Below are positions 37,058-44,745 of a stretch of 44,745 bases of DNA, in pieces (the stretch's first letter is position 1; every line of letters starts with the position of its first letter). The stretch lies in the NCBI GenBank assembly GCA_016209945.1, contig JACQVD010000009.1, positions 1 to 44,745 on the forward strand, read 5' to 3'. The position numbers were made by a program, and so were the translations under genes. Source of the stretch: Gemmatimonadota bacterium (GTDB taxonomy: Bacteria > Gemmatimonadota > Gemmatimonadetes > Palauibacterales > KS3-K002). The notes beneath the pieces are model-generated. The model was not told where the DNA came from, did not search any database, and worked only from the letters and a program-made list of their open reading frames with translations.

Positions 37058-38868
37058 GCGAGAGTGCGGACGTGAGGAGGAGCGCGGCGCGGGTGATCGA
37101 ATCGAGAAGCGCACGGCGCGTGCGGCGAGCCCTCGTGATCGGGCTTTGCGCTGCCCCGTGCGCGGCCGCGGCCGTCACGCCCCCGCCCCTGACGGCGCAG
37201 ACAACCCGCTACGACTTCCCCTTCGACTGGCCGTTCCGCGGCAGGCAGCGACCCGCCGTCACCGCGTCGCGCGGGATGGTCGTGAGCACATCGGGCCTCG
37301 CCAGCGATGTGGGCGCGGAGATCCTGCGGCGTGGCGGCAACGCCGTGGACGCCGCAGTGGCCACGGCCTTCGCCCTTGCCGTGGTGCACCCGGAAGCCGG
37401 GAACATCGGCGGCGGCGGATTCCTGATCGCGAGGTTGGCGAGCGGCGAGATCGCGGCCCTCGATTTCCGCGAGCGTGCGCCGATCACCGCGACGCGGGAC
37501 ATGTTTCTGGATGCCAGCGGGGCCGTCAACAAGACATCGCTGACGGGCCACCTCGCCGCAGGCGTCCCGGGGAGCGTGGCCGGGTTGCACGCGGCCTGGC
37601 AGCGCTACGGCTCCCTTCCCTGGGAGACCATTCTCGGGCCGGCCATCGAGCTCGCCGAGCGAGGCTTCCTGGTGGACGAACGCTTCCACCGGAACCTCGC
37701 GCAAGCGAAGGAACGCCTTCTCCAGTTCCCGAGCACGGTCGAAGGGTTCCTCACCAGCGGCGAGCCACCCGCCATCGGAGCGACGTTCCGCCAGCGCGAC
37801 CTTGCCGAGACCCTGCGGCTCATCGCGCAACAGGGGCCCGACGCGTTCTACCGGGGCCGGATCGCCGATCTCATCGTCCAGGAGATGCGGCGGGGCGGCG
37901 GGATCATCCGACACGACGATCTCGCCCGCTACGAGGCGAAGTGGCGCGACCCCATCGTGTTCGACTACCGGGGATACCGGGTCCTCTCGGCGCCTCCGCC
38001 TTCGTCCGGTGGCGTCACGCTGGCGGTCATCCTCAAGATCCTCGAGGGATACGACCTCGCCCGGCTCGGCTGGCACACGCCGGAATCGATCCACCTCTTC
38101 GTCGAGGCGTTCCGCCGCGCCTTCGCCGATCGGAACTACTACCTGGGCGACCCGGACTACGTGGACATGCCGATCGCAGGGCTGACCAGCGATGCGTACG
38201 CGGAGGAGCTGCGCACGACGATCTCCAGGAACAGGGCATCGAACTCCGAGGACGTGAGCCGCGTGCTCCCGGTCGGGGAAGGCATGCACACGACGCACCT
38301 CTCGGTGGTGGACTCCGCGGGGAACGCCGTGGCCCTCAGCACGACGCTGAACTCCTTCTACGGCTCGGGCGTCGTCGTGGCCGCTGCGGGGTTCTTCCTC
38401 AACAACGAGATGGACGATTTTTCGGCGCGGCCCGGCGCGCCCAACCAGTATGGGCTCGTGCAGGGCGAGGCGAACGCCATCGAGCCGGGGAAACGCATGC
38501 TATCGGCGATGACGCCCAGCGTCGTGCTGGACCCGGCCGGCCGGCTGTTCCTCGTGGCCGGGACGCCGGGCGGAGGCACGATCATCACGCAGATGGCTCA
38601 GATCCTCACGAACGTCATCGACTATCGGATGGATCTTCGGACGGCCGTGGATGCTCCCCGGTTCCACCACCAGCTCTTTCCCGACGAGATCCGGTACGAG
38701 CGCGGCGGGCTGGACGGGTTGACGATCGGCGCGCTCAGCTCCATGGGGCACCGGCTGCGCGAGTCGGAGGAGTACCTCGGCGACGTGAACGCCATCCTCA
38801 TCCTTCCGGATGGCACGCGGCTCGGCGCTGCGGACGAGCGCCGCGGTGGTGAAGCGATCGGCGCCTGA
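37054..38868 (+). CDS. ggt: Gamma-glutamyltransferase
   Basis: GGNAVDAA, NIGGGGF, DFRERAP, TTHLSVVD catalytic Thr, NNEMDDF, GKRMLSAMTP. Confidence 0.95.
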   Translation: MSESADVRRSAARVIESRSARRVRRALVIGLCAAPCAAAAVTPPPLTAQTTRYDFPFDWPFRGRQRPAVTASRGMVVSTSGLASDVGAEILRRGGNAVDAAVATAFALAVVHPEAGNIGGGGFLIARLASGEIAALDFRERAPITATRDMFLDASGAVNKTSLTGHLAAGVPGSVAGLHAAWQRYGSLPWETILGPAIELAERGFLVDERFHRNLAQAKERLLQFPSTVEGFLTSGEPPAIGATFRQRDLAETLRLIAQQGPDAFYRGRIADLIVQEMRRGGGIIRHDDLARYEAKWRDPIVFDYRGYRVLSAPPPSSGGVTLAVILKILEGYDLARLGWHTPESIHLFVEAFRRAFADRNYYLGDPDYVDMPIAGLTSDAYAEELRTTISRNRASNSEDVSRVLPVGEGMHTTHLSVVDSAGNAVALSTTLNSFYGSGVVVAAAGFFLNNEMDDFSARPGAPNQYGLVQGEANAIEPGKRMLSAMTPSVVLDPAGRLFLVAGTPGGGTIITQMAQILTNVIDYRMDLRTAVDAPRFHHQLFPDEIRYERGGLDGLTIGALSSMGHRLRESEEYLGDVNAILILPDGTRLGAADERRGGEAIGA

Positions 38869-38895
38869 CCGCGGAAGTGTGGCGGCCGCGCAGAG

Positions 38896-39729
38896 CTAGC
38901 GGATCACCACCTCCAGGGGCTCGTCCAGCTTCAGGGTCAGCTTCCCACCCGCGGGGATGACGCCCGCGTAGTCGGCCGTCCCGAGCGCGATCGCGGTTCC
39001 TGCGGCGGCACCGGCCGCGGCGCCGATGATCGTGGACTTCGCGTCCTTGCCGAGCACTTTCCCGAGTACCGCGCCCGCTGCCGCTCCGCCCAGAATTTTC
39101 GCCGCCTGCTCCGCATCACCCGTCGTGCGCCGCGTCTTGACCTCCGCGGACACGACACTCGCCCGAAGCGGGTAGGTGCGCCCTTCGAAGGAAAGGCTGT
39201 GGAAGGCGAGCGTGATCGTTGCCTGCCGGCTGGCGCCCTTGGATGCCTGGACCGCCGCCACTTCGCCTTCGACCTCGGCGCCCGCGGGGATGAGCACCCC
39301 GCCGCCGGGGGATGCGACGTCCGCCGCCAGCTTCGCGGTGAAGCGATCACCGGGGCGCTGTGTCTCGGTGGAGATCTCCTGGTCCAGCAGCACGTCGAGG
39401 GTCGTGCCGACCGCGGCCGTGGTGGTGGTGGGCTCGGCTGGCGGCGGCGTCAACACCTCGCGCGCCGAGGGCTCCGGCGCTCGTGGCTTGGATGCCGGTC
39501 TCGGCGCGGGCTTGGGCGCCGGCCTGGGCGCCGGCCTGGGCGCCGGCTTCGGCTGCGCCAGGAGCGCGGTATCCGCGAGGGCGACCGCCGGCGTGTCCCG
39601 GCGAATGGCGAGCTCGAGCTCCCGCTCAGCTGCCGCGGCCTCCTCGGCGGAGCGCTGCCTCTCGCCGCAGGCCAGCGCGAACAGGAGCGGCGCGGCACAC
39701 ACGAGCTTCCAAACGCGCACCGGAATCAT
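38896..39729 (-). CDS. Hypothetical lipoprotein (Pro-rich linker, beta domain, glycine zipper)
   Basis: ALAC lipobox; PAPR/PAPK repeats; GGAAAGAVLG...GAAAGAAAG. Confidence 0.75.
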   Translation of the reverse strand: MIPVRVWKLVCAAPLLFALACGERQRSAEEAAAAERELELAIRRDTPAVALADTALLAQPKPAPRPAPRPAPKPAPRPASKPRAPEPSAREVLTPPPAEPTTTTAAVGTTLDVLLDQEISTETQRPGDRFTAKLAADVASPGGGVLIPAGAEVEGEVAAVQASKGASRQATITLAFHSLSFEGRTYPLRASVVSAEVKTRRTTGDAEQAAKILGGAAAGAVLGKVLGKDAKSTIIGAAAGAAAGTAIALGTADYAGVIPAGGKLTLKLDEPLEVVIR

Positions 39730-39772
39730 TCGGCTCCTCCTGGCAGGTCCTCCAGGTTACTACGACGATTGC

Positions 39773-39801
39773 TTGAAGCTACCCGTCACAGCCCCTAATG
39801 T
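39773..39801 (+). promoter_or_regulatory. Candidate promoter giving a leaderless ABC-transporter mRNA
   Basis: TTGAAG-N17-TAATGT ending 6 nt before GTG 39808; no SD sequence. Confidence 0.5.
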
Positions 39802-39807
39802 TCGCGT

Positions 39808-41580
39808 GTGAGAGCCCTGCGCTTCCTCCTCCGATACGCGCGTCCATACCGCGCCGGGATCGCCGCCGGCCTGGGGCTCGTGGTGATCTCGAACCTCTTC
39901 AGCGTGGCCGCCCCCTATCTCCTGAAACTCGCCATCGACTCGCTCCAGAGCGGCGCCCCTCTGTCCACGGTGACCGCGTACGCGGCGTTGATCATCGGGA
40001 CGACGCTCCTGGCCGGGGTGGCGCGCTTTGGGATGCGCGAGCTCCTGAACGGGCTCTCGCGCCGCATCGAGTGCGATCTCCGGGACGACCTCTTCGCGCA
40101 TCTCCTCCGCCTCTCGCCGGACTTCTATTCCCGGATGCACACGGGCGAGATCGTGAGCCGCGCCACGAACGACATCGTCGCCGTCCGGATGGCGGTCGGG
40201 CCCGCGGTGATGTACCTCGTGAACACGGCGGTCATCGGCTCGCTGGCCCTCGGGTTCATGCTGTGGCTCGATCCGACGCTCACGCTCGTAGCGCTCGTCC
40301 CGCTCGCGCTCCTCCCACCGACGGTGTTCGTCTTCGGCCGCCAGATCCACGATCGCTTCCAGGACATCCAGGCACAGTTCGGGCAGATGTCCACCATGGT
40401 GCAGGAGAACCTGGCCGGGGTCCGGATCGTCAAGGCGTACCGGCAGGAGGCGGCGCAGGCCCGGGCGTTCGACCGGCTGAACAGCGACTATCTCGAGAAG
40501 AACATGGGGCTCGCCAGGAGCTCGGGCCTCTTCCACCCGACCCTCACGCTCTTGATCGGGCTCGGCGCGGTTGCCGTGCTCTGGTGGGGCGCCCGGGCGG
40601 TGATGGCGGGTCGCATGACGGTGGGGGAATTCATCGCCTTCGGGTTCTACCTGGTGCAGCTCGGCTGGCCGATGATCGCCCTCGGCTGGGTCATCAACCT
40701 CTTCCAGCGCGGGGCGGCGTCGATGGAGCGCATCCTGGAGATCCTCCGCGAGACGCCGTCGGTGCGCGATGTCCCCAGCGCGATCGCGCTGCCGAGCGTG
40801 CGGGGCGAGATCGCGTTCCGGGATGTCGCCTTCCGCTACCCCGGGACGGAGCGGTGGGTCTTGCGTGGGATCGATCTCGTGATCCCGGCCGGCTCGACCG
40901 TGGCCGTCGTCGGAGCGACGGGCTCGGGGAAGACGACACTCCTGCGGCTCATCCCGCGTCTCTATGACGCCAGCGAGGGCGCGGTCCTCATCGACGGGCT
41001 CGACACCCGCGAGGCGCGCCTCGAGGACCTGCGTCGCCACATCGGGATGGTGCCCCAGGAGCCGTTCCTCTTCTCGGAGACGATCGAGTGGAACCTGGGC
41101 TTCGCGCTGCGGGACGGGGCCGACCCGAGCCGCGTGCGCTGGGCCGCCCAGGTGGCGCAGCTAGCCGCAACGGTCGAGGAGGGGTTCCCCCGCGGCTACC
41201 AGACCGAGCTGGGCGAACGGGGGATCAACCTCTCCGGCGGTGAGAAGCAGCGGGCAACCCTGGCCCGCGCCCTCGCCCGTGACCCGGCGATCCTGATCCT
41301 GGACGACGCGCTCTCCGCCGTGGACACCCAGACCGAGCGCGAGATCCTGCGCGGGCTGCGCCGAGTGCGAGCGGGAAAGACGAACGTCATCGTGTCCCAC
41401 CGCATCACGAGCGTCATGCACGCCGACCGCATGGTGGTTCTGGAGGACGGCAGAATCGTGGAGGAGGGTGCGCACGCGGAGCTCCTCGAGCGCCGCGGAG
41501 CCTACGCCGCGCTCCTCCGCCGGCAGGTGATCGAGGAGAGCCTGCTCCTAGATTCGCTCGAGAATGAAGTCCGGCGTTAG
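39808..41580 (+). CDS. ABC exporter, fused permease/ATPase (MdlA-like)
   Basis: Six-TM domain; GATGSGKT Walker A; LSGGEKQR signature; ILDDALSAVD. Confidence 0.93.
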   Translation: MRALRFLLRYARPYRAGIAAGLGLVVISNLFSVAAPYLLKLAIDSLQSGAPLSTVTAYAALIIGTTLLAGVARFGMRELLNGLSRRIECDLRDDLFAHLLRLSPDFYSRMHTGEIVSRATNDIVAVRMAVGPAVMYLVNTAVIGSLALGFMLWLDPTLTLVALVPLALLPPTVFVFGRQIHDRFQDIQAQFGQMSTMVQENLAGVRIVKAYRQEAAQARAFDRLNSDYLEKNMGLARSSGLFHPTLTLLIGLGAVAVLWWGARAVMAGRMTVGEFIAFGFYLVQLGWPMIALGWVINLFQRGAASMERILEILRETPSVRDVPSAIALPSVRGEIAFRDVAFRYPGTERWVLRGIDLVIPAGSTVAVVGATGSGKTTLLRLIPRLYDASEGAVLIDGLDTREARLEDLRRHIGMVPQEPFLFSETIEWNLGFALRDGADPSRVRWAAQVAQLAATVEEGFPRGYQTELGERGINLSGGEKQRATLARALARDPAILILDDALSAVDTQTEREILRGLRRVRAGKTNVIVSHRITSVMHADRMVVLEDGRIVEEGAHAELLERRGAYAALLRRQVIEESLLLDSLENEVRR

Positions 41581-42285
41581 GCCCGCGAGCCAGCCGGCGA
41601 GGAGCGTGAACTTCCCGCTCACGAGAAGGAGCCCCACGCCGATCAAGAGCCCCCCGGCCGCCCACTCGGCGTAGCGAACGTAGCGGCGGAACTTCTGGAA
41701 CCAGACCAGGAAGGCGCCCAGCCCCACCGCCGTCACCAGGAAGGGAACCGCGAGGCCCAGCGAGTACGCCGTGAGGAGCCCGAGCCCCTCGTTGAGGCTC
41801 GCGCGGACGCTCGCGAGCGTCAGGATCGCTCCAAGGACCGGCCCGATGCACGGCACCCAGCCGGCACCGAACGCCACGCCCACGAGCCACGCTCCCAGGT
41901 AGCCGACCGGCTTGTCGTGCACGATCGCGCGCCGCTCACGCAGGAGGAACGGGATGCGCAGGAGCCCGAGGGTGTGCAGCCCGAAGAGCACGATCAGCAC
42001 ACCGCCCGCGCGCGCCACCCAGACCTGGTACTGGCGAAACGCCTGGCCCAGGAGCGTCGCGGACGCGCCCAGGGCGAGGAACACCATCGTGAAGCCCAGC
42101 ACGAACGCCGCCGCATGCGTGAACGCGAGCGTCTTCACCCGCGGGCTGCCGCGCTCCAGCTCGTCGGCGTTGACGCCGGTCACGAAGGACACGTACGACG
42201 GCCACAGCGGGAGCACGCACGGGGAGAGAAACGAGAGGAGCCCCGCGACAAAGGCGACGAGAAAGCTCAGGTTCGAAGATTCCAC
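41548..42285 (-). CDS. ccdA: Cytochrome c biogenesis protein CcdA
   Basis: GLLSFLSPCVLPL and GWVPCIGPVLG motifs. Confidence 0.93.
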   Translation of the reverse strand: MESSNLSFLVAFVAGLLSFLSPCVLPLWPSYVSFVTGVNADELERGSPRVKTLAFTHAAAFVLGFTMVFLALGASATLLGQAFRQYQVWVARAGGVLIVLFGLHTLGLLRIPFLLRERRAIVHDKPVGYLGAWLVGVAFGAGWVPCIGPVLGAILTLASVRASLNEGLGLLTAYSLGLAVPFLVTAVGLGAFLVWFQKFRRYVRYAEWAAGGLLIGVGLLLVSGKFTLLAGWLAGLTPDFILERI

Positions 42286-43172
42286 CGGTACCCAATCAGC
42301 TTGTACACGAGCTTCGCGACGGCGAAATCGGGCGCGTGCAGCCCCGGGACGGGTGCCAGCTCGACGACATCCGCGGCCACGACGCGGCGCTCCGCGAAGA
42401 CGCCGCGCAGGAGCTCCAGCGCCTGCGCCCAGCTGGCGCCGCCGGGCTGCGGAGTGCCCGTCGCCGGCACGAGGCTCGGATCGAAGAAGTCCACATCGAT
42501 GCTCAGGTAGACCTGCGGTCCCAGGGCGCGCAGGACGCGATCGACCCAGCCGCGCGCTCCCAGCTCGTGGCCGAAGACCACGGTGAGCGAGCGCTCTCGG
42601 ATGACGTCGCGCTCCTCGACGGAGATCGACCGGACGCCCGCGGCGACGACCGGAACGCCTTCCTCCACCACCCTGCGCATAACGCACGCATGGCTGAACC
42701 GGTTTCCCTGGTACTCGTCGCGAAGATCGGCGTGCGCGTCGAGCTGGAGCACGTGGAGCCCGGCGCCGCGACCGAGCGCCTCGTGCCAGGCCGCCACGAG
42801 CGGGTAGGTCAGGCCGTGCTCGCCGCCCAAGCCGACGAGAAATCGCCCCGTCCGCAGCGCCTCCCGAACGAGGTCGCCGTAGACCGCGCGGAGCATCGCA
42901 AGCGCCTGGCGGCTATCGCCCGCGGGGAGATCGAGCGCGGGATACGTGTGGATCCCCGTCCGACACGGCTCGGCGTCGAGCTCGGGGTCGTAGAACTCGA
43001 CCTGCGCGGATGCCTCCAGGATCGCCGACGGCCCGCGCCGGGTTCCGGTCCCGTACGAGGTCGTGGCCTCGTACGGGATCGGCAGAACGGCCGAGCGCGC
43101 CGTCCCCGGATCGCAGAGCTCAGGAGGGAGACCGAGGAAGTTCTGGGGTGGCAACCAGGGGGGGTCAGCCAC
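42267..43172 (-). CDS. speB: Agmatinase (ureohydrolase)
   Basis: [32 protein letters not shown]. Confidence 0.92.
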   Translation of the reverse strand: MADPPWLPPQNFLGLPPELCDPGTARSAVLPIPYEATTSYGTGTRRGPSAILEASAQVEFYDPELDAEPCRTGIHTYPALDLPAGDSRQALAMLRAVYGDLVREALRTGRFLVGLGGEHGLTYPLVAAWHEALGRGAGLHVLQLDAHADLRDEYQGNRFSHACVMRRVVEEGVPVVAAGVRSISVEERDVIRERSLTVVFGHELGARGWVDRVLRALGPQVYLSIDVDFFDPSLVPATGTPQPGGASWAQALELLRGVFAERRVVAADVVELAPVPGLHAPDFAVAKLVYKLIGYRWNLRT

Positions 43173-43725
43173 AAAAGACGGCCGCGGCGAGCACCGTCAC
43201 CCACCGCCCGTCGTCGGGTCCCTCCGCGGTCTGGGTGATGTTCATGGTGCGGACGATCTGCCCCGACAGCTGCCATTCGGCACGGCGCTCGTCCCAGGCT
43301 TTGTCGGGATCGAAGGGGACGCCGAGAATCGTCGCGAGCATGCTCGCCGCAAGGTCCTCCGCGTACTCGCCGCCCACCGTGTCGTTGTGCCCGAAGGTGT
43401 GGTGCTCGGAGAGGTAGCCGAACTTGTCGCAATCGTTGGGGATCGCGAGACCGATGCTCGCGCACACGAGCCGGCTCGGCTCGTTCGTGTCCTGCCGCGC
43501 CATGACCGTGAAGACGATCTGCCCCGGGTGCAGAAGCTTCAGGCCCTCTTCCCGCGGGATGAGCTCGCAGTGCGGCGGGAAGATGGAGGAGACGTTCACG
43601 AGGTTGTACTTGGCGATCTTGGCGTCGCGGAGCGACAGCTCGAACGAGCTGAGCCGCTCTCGGTGGACGCCGACGCCTTTCGTGAGGAAGAGCTTGCTCG
43701 GAACGAGGAGCCGGCTATCGAGCAC
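43165..43725 (-). CDS. pdaD: Pyruvoyl-dependent arginine decarboxylase
   Basis: FLTKGVG...[24 protein letters not shown] (Ser-Ser cleavage site), [17 protein letters not shown]. Confidence 0.9.
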   Translation of the reverse strand: MLDSRLLVPSKLFLTKGVGVHRERLSSFELSLRDAKIAKYNLVNVSSIFPPHCELIPREEGLKLLHPGQIVFTVMARQDTNEPSRLVCASIGLAIPNDCDKFGYLSEHHTFGHNDTVGGEYAEDLAASMLATILGVPFDPDKAWDERRAEWQLSGQIVRTMNITQTAEGPDDGRWVTVLAAAVFCG

Positions 43726-43796
43726 CGCCGACCTCCGGTCCTCCTCGCAACGGGTGACCGCAGGCAGTGCAGCCGGAGCGGGTGGGCTCCGAGATG

Positions 43797-44231
43797 TCAG
43801 CTCCGGCAGGAAGGGCAGTAGCCAACCAGCTCGAGATGGTAGTCCAGGACCTCGAACCCGTCTCCGGGCACTAGGCCTTGCACGAGACCCGGGTCGTGAG
43901 GCCCGTGAACGTCCATCACGCGCCCGCACTTGAGACACCGCGCATGGTCGTGCTCGTCGGTGCGGCCGTCGTATCGCGCCGGGCCGTCACCGAGCGCCAG
44001 CTTCCTGGCCAGGCCAGCCTCCACAAAGGCTTCGAGGGCCTTGTACACCGTGGCGAGGCTGAGGTCCGGGATGTCCGCGCGAGCCGCTGTGAAGATCTCG
44101 TCCGCGGTGGGGTGGGTCGTCACGTTCGCCAAGTAACGGTACACCGCGGCCCGCTGCGGCGTGTACCGATGCCCACAGGCCTCCAGCGCTTCCCGGAGGA
44201 GCGGGCGCGGTGAGGTTCTCTCCGTGTCCAT
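43797..44231 (-). CDS. Fur/PerR-family transcriptional regulator
   Basis: [35 protein letters not shown]. Confidence 0.93.
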   Translation of the reverse strand: MDTERTSPRPLLREALEACGHRYTPQRAAVYRYLANVTTHPTADEIFTAARADIPDLSLATVYKALEAFVEAGLARKLALGDGPARYDGRTDEHDHARCLKCGRVMDVHGPHDPGLVQGLVPGDGFEVLDYHLELVGYCPSCRS

Positions 44232-44246
44232 GCGTGAACCGCCGCA

Positions 44247-44275
44247 AAGTTACCCGCGGCGGCACGCGATGTCAA
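44247..44275 (-). promoter_or_regulatory. Sigma70 promoter of the Fur-family gene
   Basis: TTGACA-N17-TAACTT. Confidence 0.7.
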
Positions 44276-44293
44276 CGCGCGGGCGCCCGAATC

Positions 44294-44728
44294 TTAGGGC
44301 GTGCCGTTCGTGCCTTTTGTGCCGTTTGCGAGGTGTCCTAAAAAGTCACTCCAGCGCTCCGGCGCGCCACGAATCTCCACCACGAGCGGCGCGTTCGAGT
44401 CTCCCACCCGGCGCAGGAGCCGCTCTGCGAGGCGCGGAATCACATCGTGGGGCGCCGTGCCATGCTCTTCGAGCTTCTGCACCCACCGAACCTCGTCCCC
44501 CTCTTCGTCCAGCGGCTCGAGCGTGAGCCGTGCGACGACCACCCGGCGCCGCTCGGGCGCGCCGTCGAAGCACGAGAGCATGACGAACTCCGTCGGCGGC
44601 TCCTGGTTGGGCAGCGGTGGGAAGATCCAGACCTCGTCCACGGCGGAGGCGCCCAGCTCGTCGCCGGCCGCCTTGAGCCGCCCGCCAAGGTCTATGGTAG
44701 GCCTCAAACGCCGATCCGGTTTTCGCAC
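44294..44728 (-). CDS. Hypothetical protein
   Basis: 144-aa ORF with GGAGG RBS (VDEVWIFPPL...EEHGTAP); no function recognised. Confidence 0.7.
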   Translation of the reverse strand: MRKPDRRLRPTIDLGGRLKAAGDELGASAVDEVWIFPPLPNQEPPTEFVMLSCFDGAPERRRVVVARLTLEPLDEEGDEVRWVQKLEEHGTAPHDVIPRLAERLLRRVGDSNAPLVVEIRGAPERWSDFLGHLANGTKGTNGTP

Positions 44729-44745
44729 AACCCCCTCCCTCCCGC

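Noticed and set aside
1-44745. Mobile elements, CRISPR arrays, tRNA/rRNA, defence systems
   Set aside because: No transposase, integrase, cas or defence genes, repeat-spacer arrays or tRNA cloverleaves were seen by eye

Overview
High-GC bacterial chromosomal segment, gene-dense, with no phage, IS, CRISPR, tRNA or rRNA detected. The gene content (stand-alone BTAD/SARP regulator, minor-pilin set, PDZ and PEGA proteins, fur-pdaD-speB-ccdA, class II RNR) suggests Gemmatimonadota, but that is an inference. Main contents: a degraded pyruvate kinase pseudogene; dipeptidase, HAD hydrolase and aconitase; a DRG-like GTPase and ApgM; a cold-shock gene with a terminator-containing leader; an ECF sigma/zinc anti-sigma pair with nearby stress genes (yggX, DoxX, ferritin-like); FimT/PilV/PilW/PilX-like minor pilins; an M50-CBS protease; HU and nrdJ with tandem NrdR boxes; a tightly coupled peptidoglycan-recycling operon (murQ fused to a DinB-like domain, anmK, nagZ, a sodium:solute symporter, an amidase); nth, an outer-membrane barrel and ggt; an ABC exporter; and polyamine genes. 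The most notable unexplained feature is a candidate ~200-nt structured non-coding RNA at 24030-24228 (minus strand). It has its own sigma70-type promoter, a long 5'/3' closing helix, UUCG hairpins, a duplicated AGAUCGAAGG motif, ten GGA motifs and a U7 tail, and I do not recognise it as a known RNA family. Many start codons were re-assigned by eye from RBS or stop/start overlaps and are approximate.
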